Shown here: piece by piece, positions 38,352 to 47,576 of the stretch
Position numbering within the stretch: position 1 is the first letter of the stretch
How the letters are laid out: each line of letters begins with the position of its first letter
From: an uncultured Gammaproteobacteria bacterium
GTDB taxonomy: Bacteria; Patescibacteriota; Microgenomatia; Levybacterales; UBA12049
Direction: 5' to 3'
Assembly (NCBI GenBank): GCA_964416505.1
Contig: CAYQEJ010000001.1
Span: 1,692 to 65,691, forward strand
DNA: 64,000 bases
The notes under the pieces: generated by a model
Told to the model about the DNA's origin: nothing
Seen by the model: only the letters and a program-made list of their open reading frames with translations
Database searches by the model: none
Position numbers and translations under genes: made by a program

Positions 38352-39617
38352 TTAGAATGACATTCCGAAGAAAGCCATCATTGCTGCGAAATTGAAAGAA
38401 AAATCAACTTCTGGCATTGTTGGCCATTCCCATGTTGGCATGTCACCAACGACGTTAACGTTGCCTGAGTTCGAAACTCCTGAATTTACAGTAGCATCTC
38501 CTGTCACGATGGAAGGATCTGTTTCTGGTGTTCCAGTGTTTGAATCAGCACCGTTATAGCCGGTTTTTGCGTTTAAATCACCGAGATCATTGTAAAGACC
38601 TGCATTATTTCCTTGTCCAACAGCTTGAACGCTATCGAGATTTAAAGTAATAATGTTGTCTGCATGATTGTGGTGTTTGTAGTGATGTGATGATGCATCA
38701 GCTCCGTTTCCAGAGATTTTTGCAGTAACATCCCATACACATCCGCAGTCAACATCTGCAAAGTTGAAGTTAACTGAATTGTCAACGTCAGCATTTACAG
38801 TTGCATTTCCAGTGTCGATCATTACATCTCCACCTGTGTTGAAGTTTGCATCGTTTCCACCTGTCTTTGCGTCTGCATCGACGTCGTTAGAAACGCTTGC
38901 ATTGTTCGACTGGCCTACTGTTGTAGTTTTAGCTAAGTCAGCGGTAATATAATTATCGCTTCCTGCGCCGTTACCAGAAATGATGAAGGATGCTGATGGA
39001 TTTGATCCACCATGATTCGAGCTAACTCTTGCGGAGTTAACGTTTGCTACAGTTGAAACGCTAACGTTTGATTTAGCATTTCCAGTGACGATTGAAACAT
39101 CTCCACCTGTATTCTTATAAGCATCGTTACCACCTGTTTTTGCGTTAGCATCAACATTGTTGTTAACATTTGCGTTATTAGATTGATTTACTGCTGTAAC
39201 TGTTCCCTGATTTAACTGGACACCATTGTCAGAATAAGCTCCGTTTCCAGAGATATTAACTGTGGTATTTCCAGATTGGCAACAATTAACTTCAGCTTGG
39301 TTAGAGTTGAGAACGTTAGTCACTGTTGTATTTGTTGTAGCATTACCTGTAGAAATAGTTGTATTTCCACCGGTATTGAAATTTGCATTATTTCCGCCTG
39401 TTGAAGCGTTTGAAGTAACGTTATTGTTAACGCTAGCTGTATTGTTCTGATTTACAACTGTTGTAGTGTTTTGTGAAACATTAGCCCAATTATCAGATCC
39501 TGCTCCATTGCCGGAAATTTCGATTGTTGTACCTGCGAAAGCTACTGGTGCGAAACCATTAGCTAATATTGCTACGGTTGCAATTGCTGTACCTAATCTT
39601 TTTTTGTAATCTGTCAT
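38352..39617 (-). CDS. secreted Asn/Thr/Gly-rich repeat protein (family member 4)
   Basis: Signal peptide. About 5 modules '[I]SGNGA.SDN...NTGGN.AN.NTGG...I.TGNA' with Cys pairs 'NCCQ' and 'DCGC'. SD GGGGGTG. Confidence 0.6.
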   Translation of the reverse strand: MTDYKKRLGTAIATVAILANGFAPVAFAGTTIEISGNGAGSDNWANVSQNTTTVVNQNNTASVNNNVTSNASTGGNNANFNTGGNTTISTGNATTNTTVTNVLNSNQAEVNCCQSGNTTVNISGNGAYSDNGVQLNQGTVTAVNQSNNANVNNNVDANAKTGGNDAYKNTGGDVSIVTGNAKSNVSVSTVANVNSARVSSNHGGSNPSASFIISGNGAGSDNYITADLAKTTTVGQSNNASVSNDVDADAKTGGNDANFNTGGDVMIDTGNATVNADVDNSVNFNFADVDCGCVWDVTAKISGNGADASSHHYKHHNHADNIITLNLDSVQAVGQGNNAGLYNDLGDLNAKTGYNGADSNTGTPETDPSIVTGDATVNSGVSNSGNVNVVGDMPTWEWPTMPEVDFSFNFAAMMAFFGMSF

Positions 39618-39696
39618 AAATATTTCACCCCCTCTCTTTTATAGGATCCGCTCGCCTAGGCGAACGCACTTCTAGTTCCCGCCTGTTTTCTTTTCG

Positions 39697-39746
39697 AAAA
39701 AAAACGGAGGCCTTCCCACATCAATACTGATGTGAAAAAGCCTCCG
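39697..39746 (-). terminator. leader-internal intrinsic terminator, putative attenuator, of the 38352 gene
   Basis: Minus strand: CGGAGGC-[27-nt loop with its own hairpin]-GCCTCCG followed by TTTTTTTT, about 80 nt upstream of the ATG and downstream of TTGACA-16-TATATC. Confidence 0.5.
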
Positions 39747-39802
39747 TTTGCGGTCAGCTTGCTAGTTGTTAGTACAACGATATAACACTAAATAGCTTGT
39801 TG

Positions 39803-40018
39803 TCAATACTTAAAATTTAGGTTTATACCGGATCCTGAACCTTTTCGAATAATCGTTCCTGAAAATTGTTTTGTAGGTTTTGGAGTAAGATTAGTTTTTT
39901 TAATTATTCTTGTGGAGATTTGTGTTACTTCACCATTTTGTACGATAACTTCAACACTTCCGAAGGTGATATTATCAATTGCCTGACTGATTTCTTCAAT
40001 TATGGTTTTGTCTGCCAT
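39803..40018 (-). CDS. YezD/DUF2292-family small protein
   Basis: 'IIEEISQAIDNITFGSVEVIVQNGEVTQI' resembles B. subtilis YezD '...LKYGSVVITVHDGQVVQIE'. Confidence 0.55.
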   Translation of the reverse strand: MADKTIIEEISQAIDNITFGSVEVIVQNGEVTQISTRIIKKTNLTPKPTKQFSGTIIRKGSGSGINLNFKY

Positions 40019-40021
40019 GAA

Positions 40022-40672
40022 TTATCTTTTTAAGTCGAGCGCAACGACTTCTTTTTTACCTTGTAGTTCTCCGATTAAAAGAACAATGTTTTTATCAGTA
40101 TCATTTATAGGAAGTCCGATTCTTGTGTATTTTGTGGATTTTGCTTGGATTTGAACAGGATCATTGTGAATTTCAGGAGCTAGCTGTTCGCTTGATCCGT
40201 TGACTTTTACTCTGACATAATCCTTTGCATTTACTTCAATTGTCTTTGTATAAGGGTTTGTGATTTTAAGATTAAAAATTAAGAAAGTTCTTCCTTGAAC
40301 TGCAGTTGCCAATTTTCCTTGATAAATAAATGAATCCTGAATATTTGCAGATTCAATTAGATAAGAAATATTTGCAACTGTTTTATTTTTGTCATCTTTA
40401 AGTGGAAATTCAAATTTCTTGTTTAATTCTTGAGTTGCGATTGGACTTGGTGCTGTGGTTCTAACATCAGAACTTGAGCCTTTGAAAAATATAGCCTTAG
40501 CTAAAAGAGTACCTAATACTAAAATTACCAATACGCCAAGAATTATTAAATAGTTTTTCTTTAAAGGAAGATTGATTTTTCGGGTTGTTAAGTTCTGTCT
40601 AAAAGTTGCAGTTTTTCCCTGCACTACTTCGAAAGATCTGGTGTAATAATTTGTAAATTGTTGTCTGCTCAT
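40022..40672 (-). CDS. membrane-anchored beta-sandwich protein (DUF4352-like)
   Basis: N-terminal TM, then a soluble domain of about 150 aa. Weak resemblance only. Confidence 0.3.
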   Translation of the reverse strand: MSRQQFTNYYTRSFEVVQGKTATFRQNLTTRKINLPLKKNYLIILGVLVILVLGTLLAKAIFFKGSSSDVRTTAPSPIATQELNKKFEFPLKDDKNKTVANISYLIESANIQDSFIYQGKLATAVQGRTFLIFNLKITNPYTKTIEVNAKDYVRVKVNGSSEQLAPEIHNDPVQIQAKSTKYTRIGLPINDTDKNIVLLIGELQGKKEVVALDLKR

Positions 40673-40803
40673 TTAATAAAAAAGCCCCTAAAACGGGGCA
40701 AGTTTTTTCTTTCGAAGATATTAACAAATGAACGAAATGAATGTCAATAGGAAAATTGTAAGAATTTTCAAAGTTTAATACTCTGCTATAATGAGCTCGA
40801 AAA

Positions 40804-42276
40804 ATGATTAAAAAAATAAAAATATTTCCTATTCTATTAAGTCTAATTTTGTTTTCGGCCGTATTTATCGGGTCTCTTTTTCCTCCATCAGACCCGGATT
40901 TGGGATGGCATTTAAAATATGGTCAGTACTTTTTCGAAAATAAAAGTGTATTAAAAGATAATACTTTTTCGCGACTTATGCCGGATTATAAATGGAATAA
41001 TTCTTCTTGGGGAACAGATCTTATTACCTTTAAATCTTATGATCTAGCTGGCTTTTTAGGTATTTCAATAGTTGGCGCTTTTGTTGTTACGCTTAGCTTT
41101 TATTTTATTACAAAATCAGCAAAATATGATTTATTTGAAAAATCCATTCTTTTCCCTATTCTTCTATTTTTAACTCTTCCGGTAAATCAAGTGTCTTTTA
41201 GAGGGCAAATTTTGAGCTTACTTTTGATGTCTATGATGTATTACTTTCTAACAAAATACGAAGAAAATGATAGAAGAATTTTATTATTAATTCCTTTTTT
41301 CACTCTCTGGGCTAATTTACATGGAGAATTTGTAATGGGTCTTGGATTATTTCTTTTATGGATAATTATTTATCTTATCAAAGAGTGGTATTTAAATTAC
41401 CAGAAAAAATTTAAAGAATTGTTTGTTAATAATAAATATTTATTTTTAACTTTTTTTGGTTCAGTAATTTCTTCAGTAATTAGTCCATTTGGGATTGGAG
41501 TTTATGAAGAGTCATTTGGACATTTTAGTGATCCTTTGCAGGCATCAATCGTAGAGTTTCTCCCACCTCAATCTTTTTCTCATGTATGGTGGCATCAGTT
41601 AATTATAGGAGTTGTGATTTCAATGGGAATTGTTATGGTAGGGTTATCTAAAAAGAATTTTGATTTGGCACCTTTTTCACTCCCCTCTTTTCTCCTTTTT
41701 ATTTTCTCTCTCTGGATCAGAAGATACATTTGGCCATTTTACTATAGTGCAATCTTTCTCATAAAACCTGTAATCAGCTTTTTAAAACCTCCCAGCAGAA
41801 AACATCAAGAAATTGTTGCTTTAGCTTTAAGTCTGGTATTTTTATTTGCAACAATATATCTAAAAAAAGATACTCTTATTAAAATTAAAAATATGACCTG
41901 GGAAGATTATTGTCAGATATCAGTATCCTGTTCTGCTAAATCTGTAGAATTTATCACTAAAAATAAATTGAACAATGAAAAGCTTTTAACGATTTATGAT
42001 TATGGTGGATGGATCATTTGGAATTATCCAGAAATTAAACCTACAATTGATGGAAGAATGCATTTATGGAGAAATGAAAAAAATTATAGCGCATTTGAAT
42101 ATTACTATCCCATTGAGCAAAACGAAAAAGGAGCAGATATAAATAAAACTTCCTTTGATTCTGTTTTAACCTCCAGACAAAAACCAATTTATTTTAAGCT
42201 CAATAATCTAGTAGCACAAGGATTATGGAAAAAGGTTTATGAAGATGCTAACTCTTCTGTCTTTATTAGAAATTAA
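40804..42276 (+). CDS. large polytopic membrane protein (possible GT-C-type glycosyltransferase)
   Basis: About 11 TM segments; 'DPDLGWHLKYGQYF' periplasmic-loop motif. Confidence 0.35.
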   Translation: MIKKIKIFPILLSLILFSAVFIGSLFPPSDPDLGWHLKYGQYFFENKSVLKDNTFSRLMPDYKWNNSSWGTDLITFKSYDLAGFLGISIVGAFVVTLSFYFITKSAKYDLFEKSILFPILLFLTLPVNQVSFRGQILSLLLMSMMYYFLTKYEENDRRILLLIPFFTLWANLHGEFVMGLGLFLLWIIIYLIKEWYLNYQKKFKELFVNNKYLFLTFFGSVISSVISPFGIGVYEESFGHFSDPLQASIVEFLPPQSFSHVWWHQLIIGVVISMGIVMVGLSKKNFDLAPFSLPSFLLFIFSLWIRRYIWPFYYSAIFLIKPVISFLKPPSRKHQEIVALALSLVFLFATIYLKKDTLIKIKNMTWEDYCQISVSCSAKSVEFITKNKLNNEKLLTIYDYGGWIIWNYPEIKPTIDGRMHLWRNEKNYSAFEYYYPIEQNEKGADINKTSFDSVLTSRQKPIYFKLNNLVAQGLWKKVYEDANSSVFIRN

Positions 42277-42316
42277 GTATTGAAATAACAATTTTTAAAA
42301 TGCCATACTAATTCTT

Positions 42317-43726
42317 ATGGCGCTTAAACCACTTGACGTAAAAGAACTTCCCCCACCCCCATCTTTTAAAAAATTAATAGGACCAAGTTTTATATTTTTA
42401 GGTTTGGGACTTGGAAGCGGGGAAATTATTCTCTGGCCATATCTTACAGCCAATTATGGCATGGGAATAATTTGGGCTGCAATCTTAGGAGTTACTTTTC
42501 AATTCTTCATGAATATGGAAATTGAAAGATATGCTCTTGTGCATGGGGAAAGTGTTTTTGTAGGGCTAGCTAGAAAAGTAAAACTCATCCCTTATTGGTT
42601 TCTTTTATCAACATTTATTCCATGGATTTGGCCTGGAATTGTAGCTTCTTCAGCAAAATTGTTCGGATCTACGATTGGGATCACAGACACAACTTATTTA
42701 ACGATTGGACTTCTGGTTCTTATTGGACTAATTCTTTCTTTTGGACCAGTTCTTTATAAAACTGTCGAAAACTTCCAGAAAGTTTTGGTACTTATCGGTG
42801 TTCCATCAATATTTATATTTACATTCGTAGTTTCAAAGTTTTCGGATTATCATGCTCTCGCACGAGGTGCAGTAGGTTTAGGAGAAAACTATTTTCTTTT
42901 TCCAGAAGGGATAATTATGGCATCTTTCCTAGCTGCATTTGCGTATGCTGGAGCCGGAGGTAATCTTAATTTAGCTCAGTCATTCTATGTGAGAGAAAAA
43001 GGATATGGAATGGGTAAATATGCTGGAAGAATTACCAGTCTTTTTATGAAAAAAGATGAAAGCATGAGTCTAACAGGCGCAAGATTTGAAGTAAATGAAT
43101 TAAGTTTAAATAATTTTAAAATTTGGTGGAAACATATAAATATAGAGCATCTAATAATTTTCTGGCTGCTGGGTGGTTTTACAATTGCATTTTTAGGACT
43201 TCTTGCTTACGCTTCTTCTTTTGGTAGAGAAAATATCCAAGGAATAGGATTTGTTCTGAATGAAGGAAAAGCTATAGGAGAAGCGTTATTTCCTTTTGCT
43301 GGGACTTTTTTTCTGATTATTGCAGGACTTATGCTTTTTGGAACTCAACTTACTGTTTTTGATGCGACATCCAGAATATTGTCCGAAAATATTGTACTCG
43401 CGGGTCATCAAAAGTTGTCTGAAAAGCATATTCCGAAAACATATTATTTTGTTTTATGGATTCAGATAATTGCGGGAATTTTCATTTTGCTTCTTGGTTT
43501 TACAGAACCATTAGCGCTTCTAACTACGGCTGCGATACTTAATGCTGTAGCCATGTTTGCCCATATAGGATTGACTCTCTGGCTCAACTCTACAAGTCTT
43601 CATAAGTTACTTAGGCCAAGTTTGTTAAGAAAAGTTGTAATGCTTGCAGCCTTTACTTTTTATGGTGGATTTAGTGCTTTTGTTGTTTTCGATAGGTTCA
43701 TAAAATCTTTTTTCCTAACCCAATAA
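42317..43726 (+). CDS. Nramp/MntH-related transporter, divergent (lacks DPGN and MPH motifs)
   Basis: Topology and N-terminus 'GPSFIFLGLGLGSGEIILW' align to Nramp TM1, but DPGN is GSGE and the TM6 MPH is MFAH. Confidence 0.4.
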   Translation: MALKPLDVKELPPPPSFKKLIGPSFIFLGLGLGSGEIILWPYLTANYGMGIIWAAILGVTFQFFMNMEIERYALVHGESVFVGLARKVKLIPYWFLLSTFIPWIWPGIVASSAKLFGSTIGITDTTYLTIGLLVLIGLILSFGPVLYKTVENFQKVLVLIGVPSIFIFTFVVSKFSDYHALARGAVGLGENYFLFPEGIIMASFLAAFAYAGAGGNLNLAQSFYVREKGYGMGKYAGRITSLFMKKDESMSLTGARFEVNELSLNNFKIWWKHINIEHLIIFWLLGGFTIAFLGLLAYASSFGRENIQGIGFVLNEGKAIGEALFPFAGTFFLIIAGLMLFGTQLTVFDATSRILSENIVLAGHQKLSEKHIPKTYYFVLWIQIIAGIFILLLGFTEPLALLTTAAILNAVAMFAHIGLTLWLNSTSLHKLLRPSLLRKVVMLAAFTFYGGFSAFVVFDRFIKSFFLTQ

Positions 43727-43768
43727 GACTTATAGTAATTTAAGTAAATTTATAGTATAATTCCCCAA

Positions 43769-44635
43769 ATGAAAGAATCACCAAGAAATCAGGGGTTAGA
43801 ACCTGTTTCGCAAAGATTATCAAGACGTTGGGAAACCGTTCGTAGAAGAGCCGGAGCTTCTGTGCTGTCAACAGCATTAGCGCTTACAGCTGTCGGATGT
43901 GCTCCATCTGATCCTGTTCCGACAGCGGAACCAACCCCTCGAGTAATTGATTTTGAAAGAGTTACAATCCCGGATTTAGGAATATCTTTAGAAACTCAAA
44001 AAGATTTAAAAATTGAAGATACTCCCCTATCAAAAGAAAATGTAAGAGAAGGCATAGTTTCAGTTTTAACTTTTCCACAAAAATCACCTGAATTACAACT
44101 ATTGGTAGGTCAGGGAAAAAGAATTGTGAAATTCAAAGCTAGTCTCGTTCCCTTAATAGATATAGATCATAATATTGTTATTACTGAATCAAGTGAAGTA
44201 AGTTCTCAATTGGCAGATTATCAAACATCTGTAGATGCGTTTACAGTTATGTCAGATGCTGATAGTAGAACAAGCTTTATTTCTCCAGTAGGTGAAGGGC
44301 AAGGAAGATACAAAGTTCCAGTGAACAGGGATCAATATAATCTAAGCGTAGAATTATGTAATAATTTTATAGCTATAGTGCCCGTAGGTGGAGCTAAGGA
44401 TGCTTTAAATCTTACTTTTGGTGAAGAGCAAAGAGACGGAGCGTTAACATGGGAATTAATTGGAAATGAAGTAGTGTGTAATTCATATGCTTTAGCAGTT
44501 GCTTCAAAAAAAGAAGGAGTAACATATGAAGATTATGCAGAGGCAGCCAGAGCAGAAAGTCTTCAAGATTTTGCATCACGCGGATTTTATGTTCCTTTTG
44601 TAGTTTTTCCTCAGGAAATCTGGTCTACTTTGTAA
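43769..44635 (+). CDS. putative lipoprotein with Tat-like signal, atypical composition
   Basis: 'RRRAGASVLSTALALTAVGC' has a twin Arg and an AVGC lipobox. TATAAT 7 nt before the ATG. Confidence 0.4.
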   Translation: MKESPRNQGLEPVSQRLSRRWETVRRRAGASVLSTALALTAVGCAPSDPVPTAEPTPRVIDFERVTIPDLGISLETQKDLKIEDTPLSKENVREGIVSVLTFPQKSPELQLLVGQGKRIVKFKASLVPLIDIDHNIVITESSEVSSQLADYQTSVDAFTVMSDADSRTSFISPVGEGQGRYKVPVNRDQYNLSVELCNNFIAIVPVGGAKDALNLTFGEEQRDGALTWELIGNEVVCNSYALAVASKKEGVTYEDYAEAARAESLQDFASRGFYVPFVVFPQEIWSTL

Positions 44636-45767
44636 AAGCTTCAGGGTGTCTTTCTTTTGCTCTCTGAATGATTCTCTCATACATCTTGTAACTAAGAACT
44701 TCTTGTGAAGTTGTTTCTGGTTCCCCCAAAGCTTTACTAGATAAAAAAGGTCCTCTATTTACTTCAAGTAAGACAAAGCTTCCATCCGATCTTTGCATAA
44801 AATCTATTCCCATGAAAGGAATGCCGGCTCTTAAAGCTAACCCAATCTTAGATGCTGCTTCAGTTAATTCTATTGGAATTACAGGAAGATCTGGATTTAT
44901 TCCCAGAGCTTTCAAGATATCTCTTTCTTCCTCTTCACTTTTTGGATCTCCATCAAGAAGCACCCTTCTTTTATCAGATGGGTTATTTGATACTATGCTC
45001 TTAGAATTTAAGAAAAACGGGCTTCTAGGGTCAGTTAATAAAATTGTTTTCTCGTCAGGTGAAGTAGGATTTATATCTTGAAGAGGCTTAGTCGGTTCAA
45101 TAGTAAGTCTTTTTTTATCTAATTTTCTGCGACCAGATCTAACAACTAGTCCATAATGAATTGCTCCATAAGCATCGACCAAGACTCTAAATGATGAATA
45201 TTGATCTCCAGGGGTTTCTACAAATTCTTCAAAAATCCATGATCTATTCCAATTAGGATTTGCGCCAGTATTTAGATAAAAATGTCCTGAAGAAGTTTCT
45301 CTTATAAGCTTTTCAATATAGTCTTGATCATGAAGTCTACCTTCGCTAAATCTTTGAATATATAGCATCCATGCCGAGAAACGAATTCTTTGTTCATGGG
45401 TTTCGAGGAAAAATTTATTTTTACCATTATTTTCAAAAGTATCTTTAGCAACAACTGGAATTCCTGAGTTAACCGCATCTCCAAGTTGAAAATTATGAGG
45501 TAAAGGTACTCCGGATACTGCTTCGGCAATTTGTCTTCTTTCCAACGCTGTAGGAATCTTGTGGGAAGTAAATGAATCAATTGATAATTCAAGCTGATTT
45601 TGTAAATTATGTCTTCCTCCTACTACTAAGCTATATCCATTTCTAAAAAATAAATTCTGAATTCCATCATGATCAAATTCTTCAAACCTATCATGTACTC
45701 TTAAAACTGGTACAGGAGATTTATGTAAATCTTCAGGCCTAACTGGAGGCCCCCATCTGTCTTGCAT
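44625..45767 (-). CDS. ATP-grasp-fold protein, atypical composition
   Basis: C-terminal 'GIPFMGIDFMQRSDGSFVLLEVNRGPF' matches the ATP-grasp motif (DF...vlEVN.sP). Confidence 0.45.
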   Translation of the reverse strand: MQDRWGPPVRPEDLHKSPVPVLRVHDRFEEFDHDGIQNLFFRNGYSLVVGGRHNLQNQLELSIDSFTSHKIPTALERRQIAEAVSGVPLPHNFQLGDAVNSGIPVVAKDTFENNGKNKFFLETHEQRIRFSAWMLYIQRFSEGRLHDQDYIEKLIRETSSGHFYLNTGANPNWNRSWIFEEFVETPGDQYSSFRVLVDAYGAIHYGLVVRSGRRKLDKKRLTIEPTKPLQDINPTSPDEKTILLTDPRSPFFLNSKSIVSNNPSDKRRVLLDGDPKSEEEERDILKALGINPDLPVIPIELTEAASKIGLALRAGIPFMGIDFMQRSDGSFVLLEVNRGPFLSSKALGEPETTSQEVLSYKMYERIIQRAKERHPEAFTK

Positions 45768-45809
45768 AGCCTCGTATTATAGGGTTAATTAAGATAGCAG
45801 TCAATTAAA

Positions 45810-46502
45810 TTATTTGATGCTTTTTATGAAGCCTTCTATCTGATCCAGGAATCCTGATTCTCTTATATCATGAAGGTGCCATTTGTGATTGTATTTATTT
45901 GTTGTGAAAATCTGAGCATTTGGAAGCAGTTTTAAAACATTTTCTCCCATTTTAGAAGATGCCATTCTGTCTTTTGAAGAGTAATAAAGCAATACTGGAA
46001 TATCTATTTTAGAAAAATTAATTTTATTAATGAATTTGAATTCACTTAGTGCCTTTGAAATATTAAGCTTATTAACTACCGGAAATCTCAATACATTTAC
46101 AGCTTTTCGAAAACCGAAGAAATGTGGCATTCCTGCAATTATTATTCCTTTTGTTTTTTCAGGATATTTTAAATAGTATTTTAGGGATAAAAGTCCTCCA
46201 TAGCTTGTTCCAAATAAGACAAATTTTCTACCATTGGATGAAGATTCTATTATCTGAGCTATATATTCAACACGATCTTTTTTAAAATCTTTCATTACAC
46301 CAAATCCAGGAAGATCAAAAGCTATTACACAGTAATTTTTCATAAGATGACGGGGCGGCAAATCTCCTATGTAATCAGAAAAACCATTAAAGTATCCATG
46401 AATAAAATAAATTAATGGGTTTTTAGGATCTCCATAAATCCAGATAGGAATTTCTCTTCCCCAGAGATTTAAATATTTTGTTTCTTTCTCGTCAGAAATC
46501 AT
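45810..46502 (-). CDS. alpha/beta hydrolase
   Basis: 'HGYFNG' oxyanion region and 'FGTSYGG' GxSxG nucleophile elbow. Confidence 0.6.
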   Translation of the reverse strand: MISDEKETKYLNLWGREIPIWIYGDPKNPLIYFIHGYFNGFSDYIGDLPPRHLMKNYCVIAFDLPGFGVMKDFKKDRVEYIAQIIESSSNGRKFVLFGTSYGGLLSLKYYLKYPEKTKGIIIAGMPHFFGFRKAVNVLRFPVVNKLNISKALSEFKFINKINFSKIDIPVLLYYSSKDRMASSKMGENVLKLLPNAQIFTTNKYNHKWHLHDIRESGFLDQIEGFIKSIK

Positions 46503-46542
46503 ATGTTGATTATAACAATTATATTTGTGCTATATTTAATTT

Positions 46543-46740
46543 ATGGCAAAGAATTGGAAATATATTTTATTTGTAATTTTACTTTTAATTGGAATTTATA
46601 TGCTTACCGATCATTATCCTCCACTTCCTTTTAATCATGAGCAAATGGGACTGGGTGCAAATCATATGGCTCACCGAGGAGTAGGAATATTATTTATACT
46701 TGCCTCAATTTTCGTTTTCTGGAAACGAAAAAAAGCCTAG
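46543..46740 (+). CDS. small 2-TM membrane protein
   Basis: 65 aa with two hydrophobic helices. Confidence 0.3.
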   Translation: MAKNWKYILFVILLLIGIYMLTDHYPPLPFNHEQMGLGANHMAHRGVGILFILASIFVFWKRKKA

Positions 46741-47489
46741 GAATTTTGGATAATTCGTGATTTTCTGCCTAGTATAGGTAATTCAGGAATTCCAGGAATT
46801 CTATCAATTCTTAAAAGTCCGTATTTATTTCCAAAATCTGTTATGGATTCATACTCAGGAATATGGGTAAATGGTACTCCTTGCATAACCAATTCTTCCA
46901 ACCACCTATCTATAGGTACTCCAAAATTTTTTAAAACAGAAGCTGGTGGAATTTGAACCAGCATAGGTCTGTAGTCTTTAAGTAAGCCGTATGCTTCGTT
47001 TAATGCCTGATAGCCAAATACGCCTTCAGTAGGAACATAATAAAGACCTGCTAAAGCTCTAGATATGACAAGATCTGCATCATTTCCTTCAAGTTCGGTT
47101 CTTAATCTTTGCCAAGTGCTCATGTCTCTTATATCTCCGGCTACCATTTTTATTCCCAAGGCATCATCTCTATCCTTACGGAATCCAAATCTATTATCAT
47201 GATTTCCGACGGCTACAAATTTTCCTGGTTTGCGCTGAAGTTCTCTTACGTGAAGGTCTTGGAGCATGCCCGTAGATGCCATAACATCAACTACCACAGG
47301 AAAATCAGATCCACGTAAAATATCTAGTATTTCTCCATCGTACTCTTCGAGCGGGTTAAGATCTTCCATATAGTGAGGAAGTCTTGTTTCGTAAGCTCCC
47401 CATGCGCCGCCTCCAGGACTAGTAAAATGACGATCTTGATATCTATCAAGCCTTCTACCATCTTTTGTAAAAGTTATTTTTTCTTGCAT
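46737..47489 (-). CDS. hypothetical protein (weak metallophosphoesterase-like 'GNHD'), atypical composition
   Basis: 'FVAVGNHDNRFG'. The other MPE motifs are not evident. Confidence 0.3.
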   Translation of the reverse strand: MQEKITFTKDGRRLDRYQDRHFTSPGGGAWGAYETRLPHYMEDLNPLEEYDGEILDILRGSDFPVVVDVMASTGMLQDLHVRELQRKPGKFVAVGNHDNRFGFRKDRDDALGIKMVAGDIRDMSTWQRLRTELEGNDADLVISRALAGLYYVPTEGVFGYQALNEAYGLLKDYRPMLVQIPPASVLKNFGVPIDRWLEELVMQGVPFTHIPEYESITDFGNKYGLLRIDRIPGIPELPILGRKSRIIQNS

Positions 47490-47576
47490 TGCGGTATTAT
47501 ACTATAAGTCTAAAATTAGTTCAAAGTTGTATTTATTTTTGAATAAGACTAAAATGATTGCGTAATTTAAAAAAAT

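Noticed and set aside
32893-39450. Long antisense or alternative-frame ORFs across the repeat-protein genes (e.g. 32893..33198, 35051..35239, 36157..36588, 36859..37203, 37304..37486, 37711..37932, 37868..38176, 38764..38952, 39262..39450).
   Set aside because: They are Pro/Val/Phe-rich translations of low-complexity Asn/Thr/Gly coding DNA. The sense frames have signal peptides, anchors and conserved modules; the antisense frames have no starts in sensible contexts.
32780-39617. Highly repetitive DNA, considered as a CRISPR array or tandem non-coding repeats.
   Set aside because: The repeats are in-frame protein modules of variable length. There is no fixed-length direct repeat with unique spacers, and they are flanked by SD/ATG and sorting signals.
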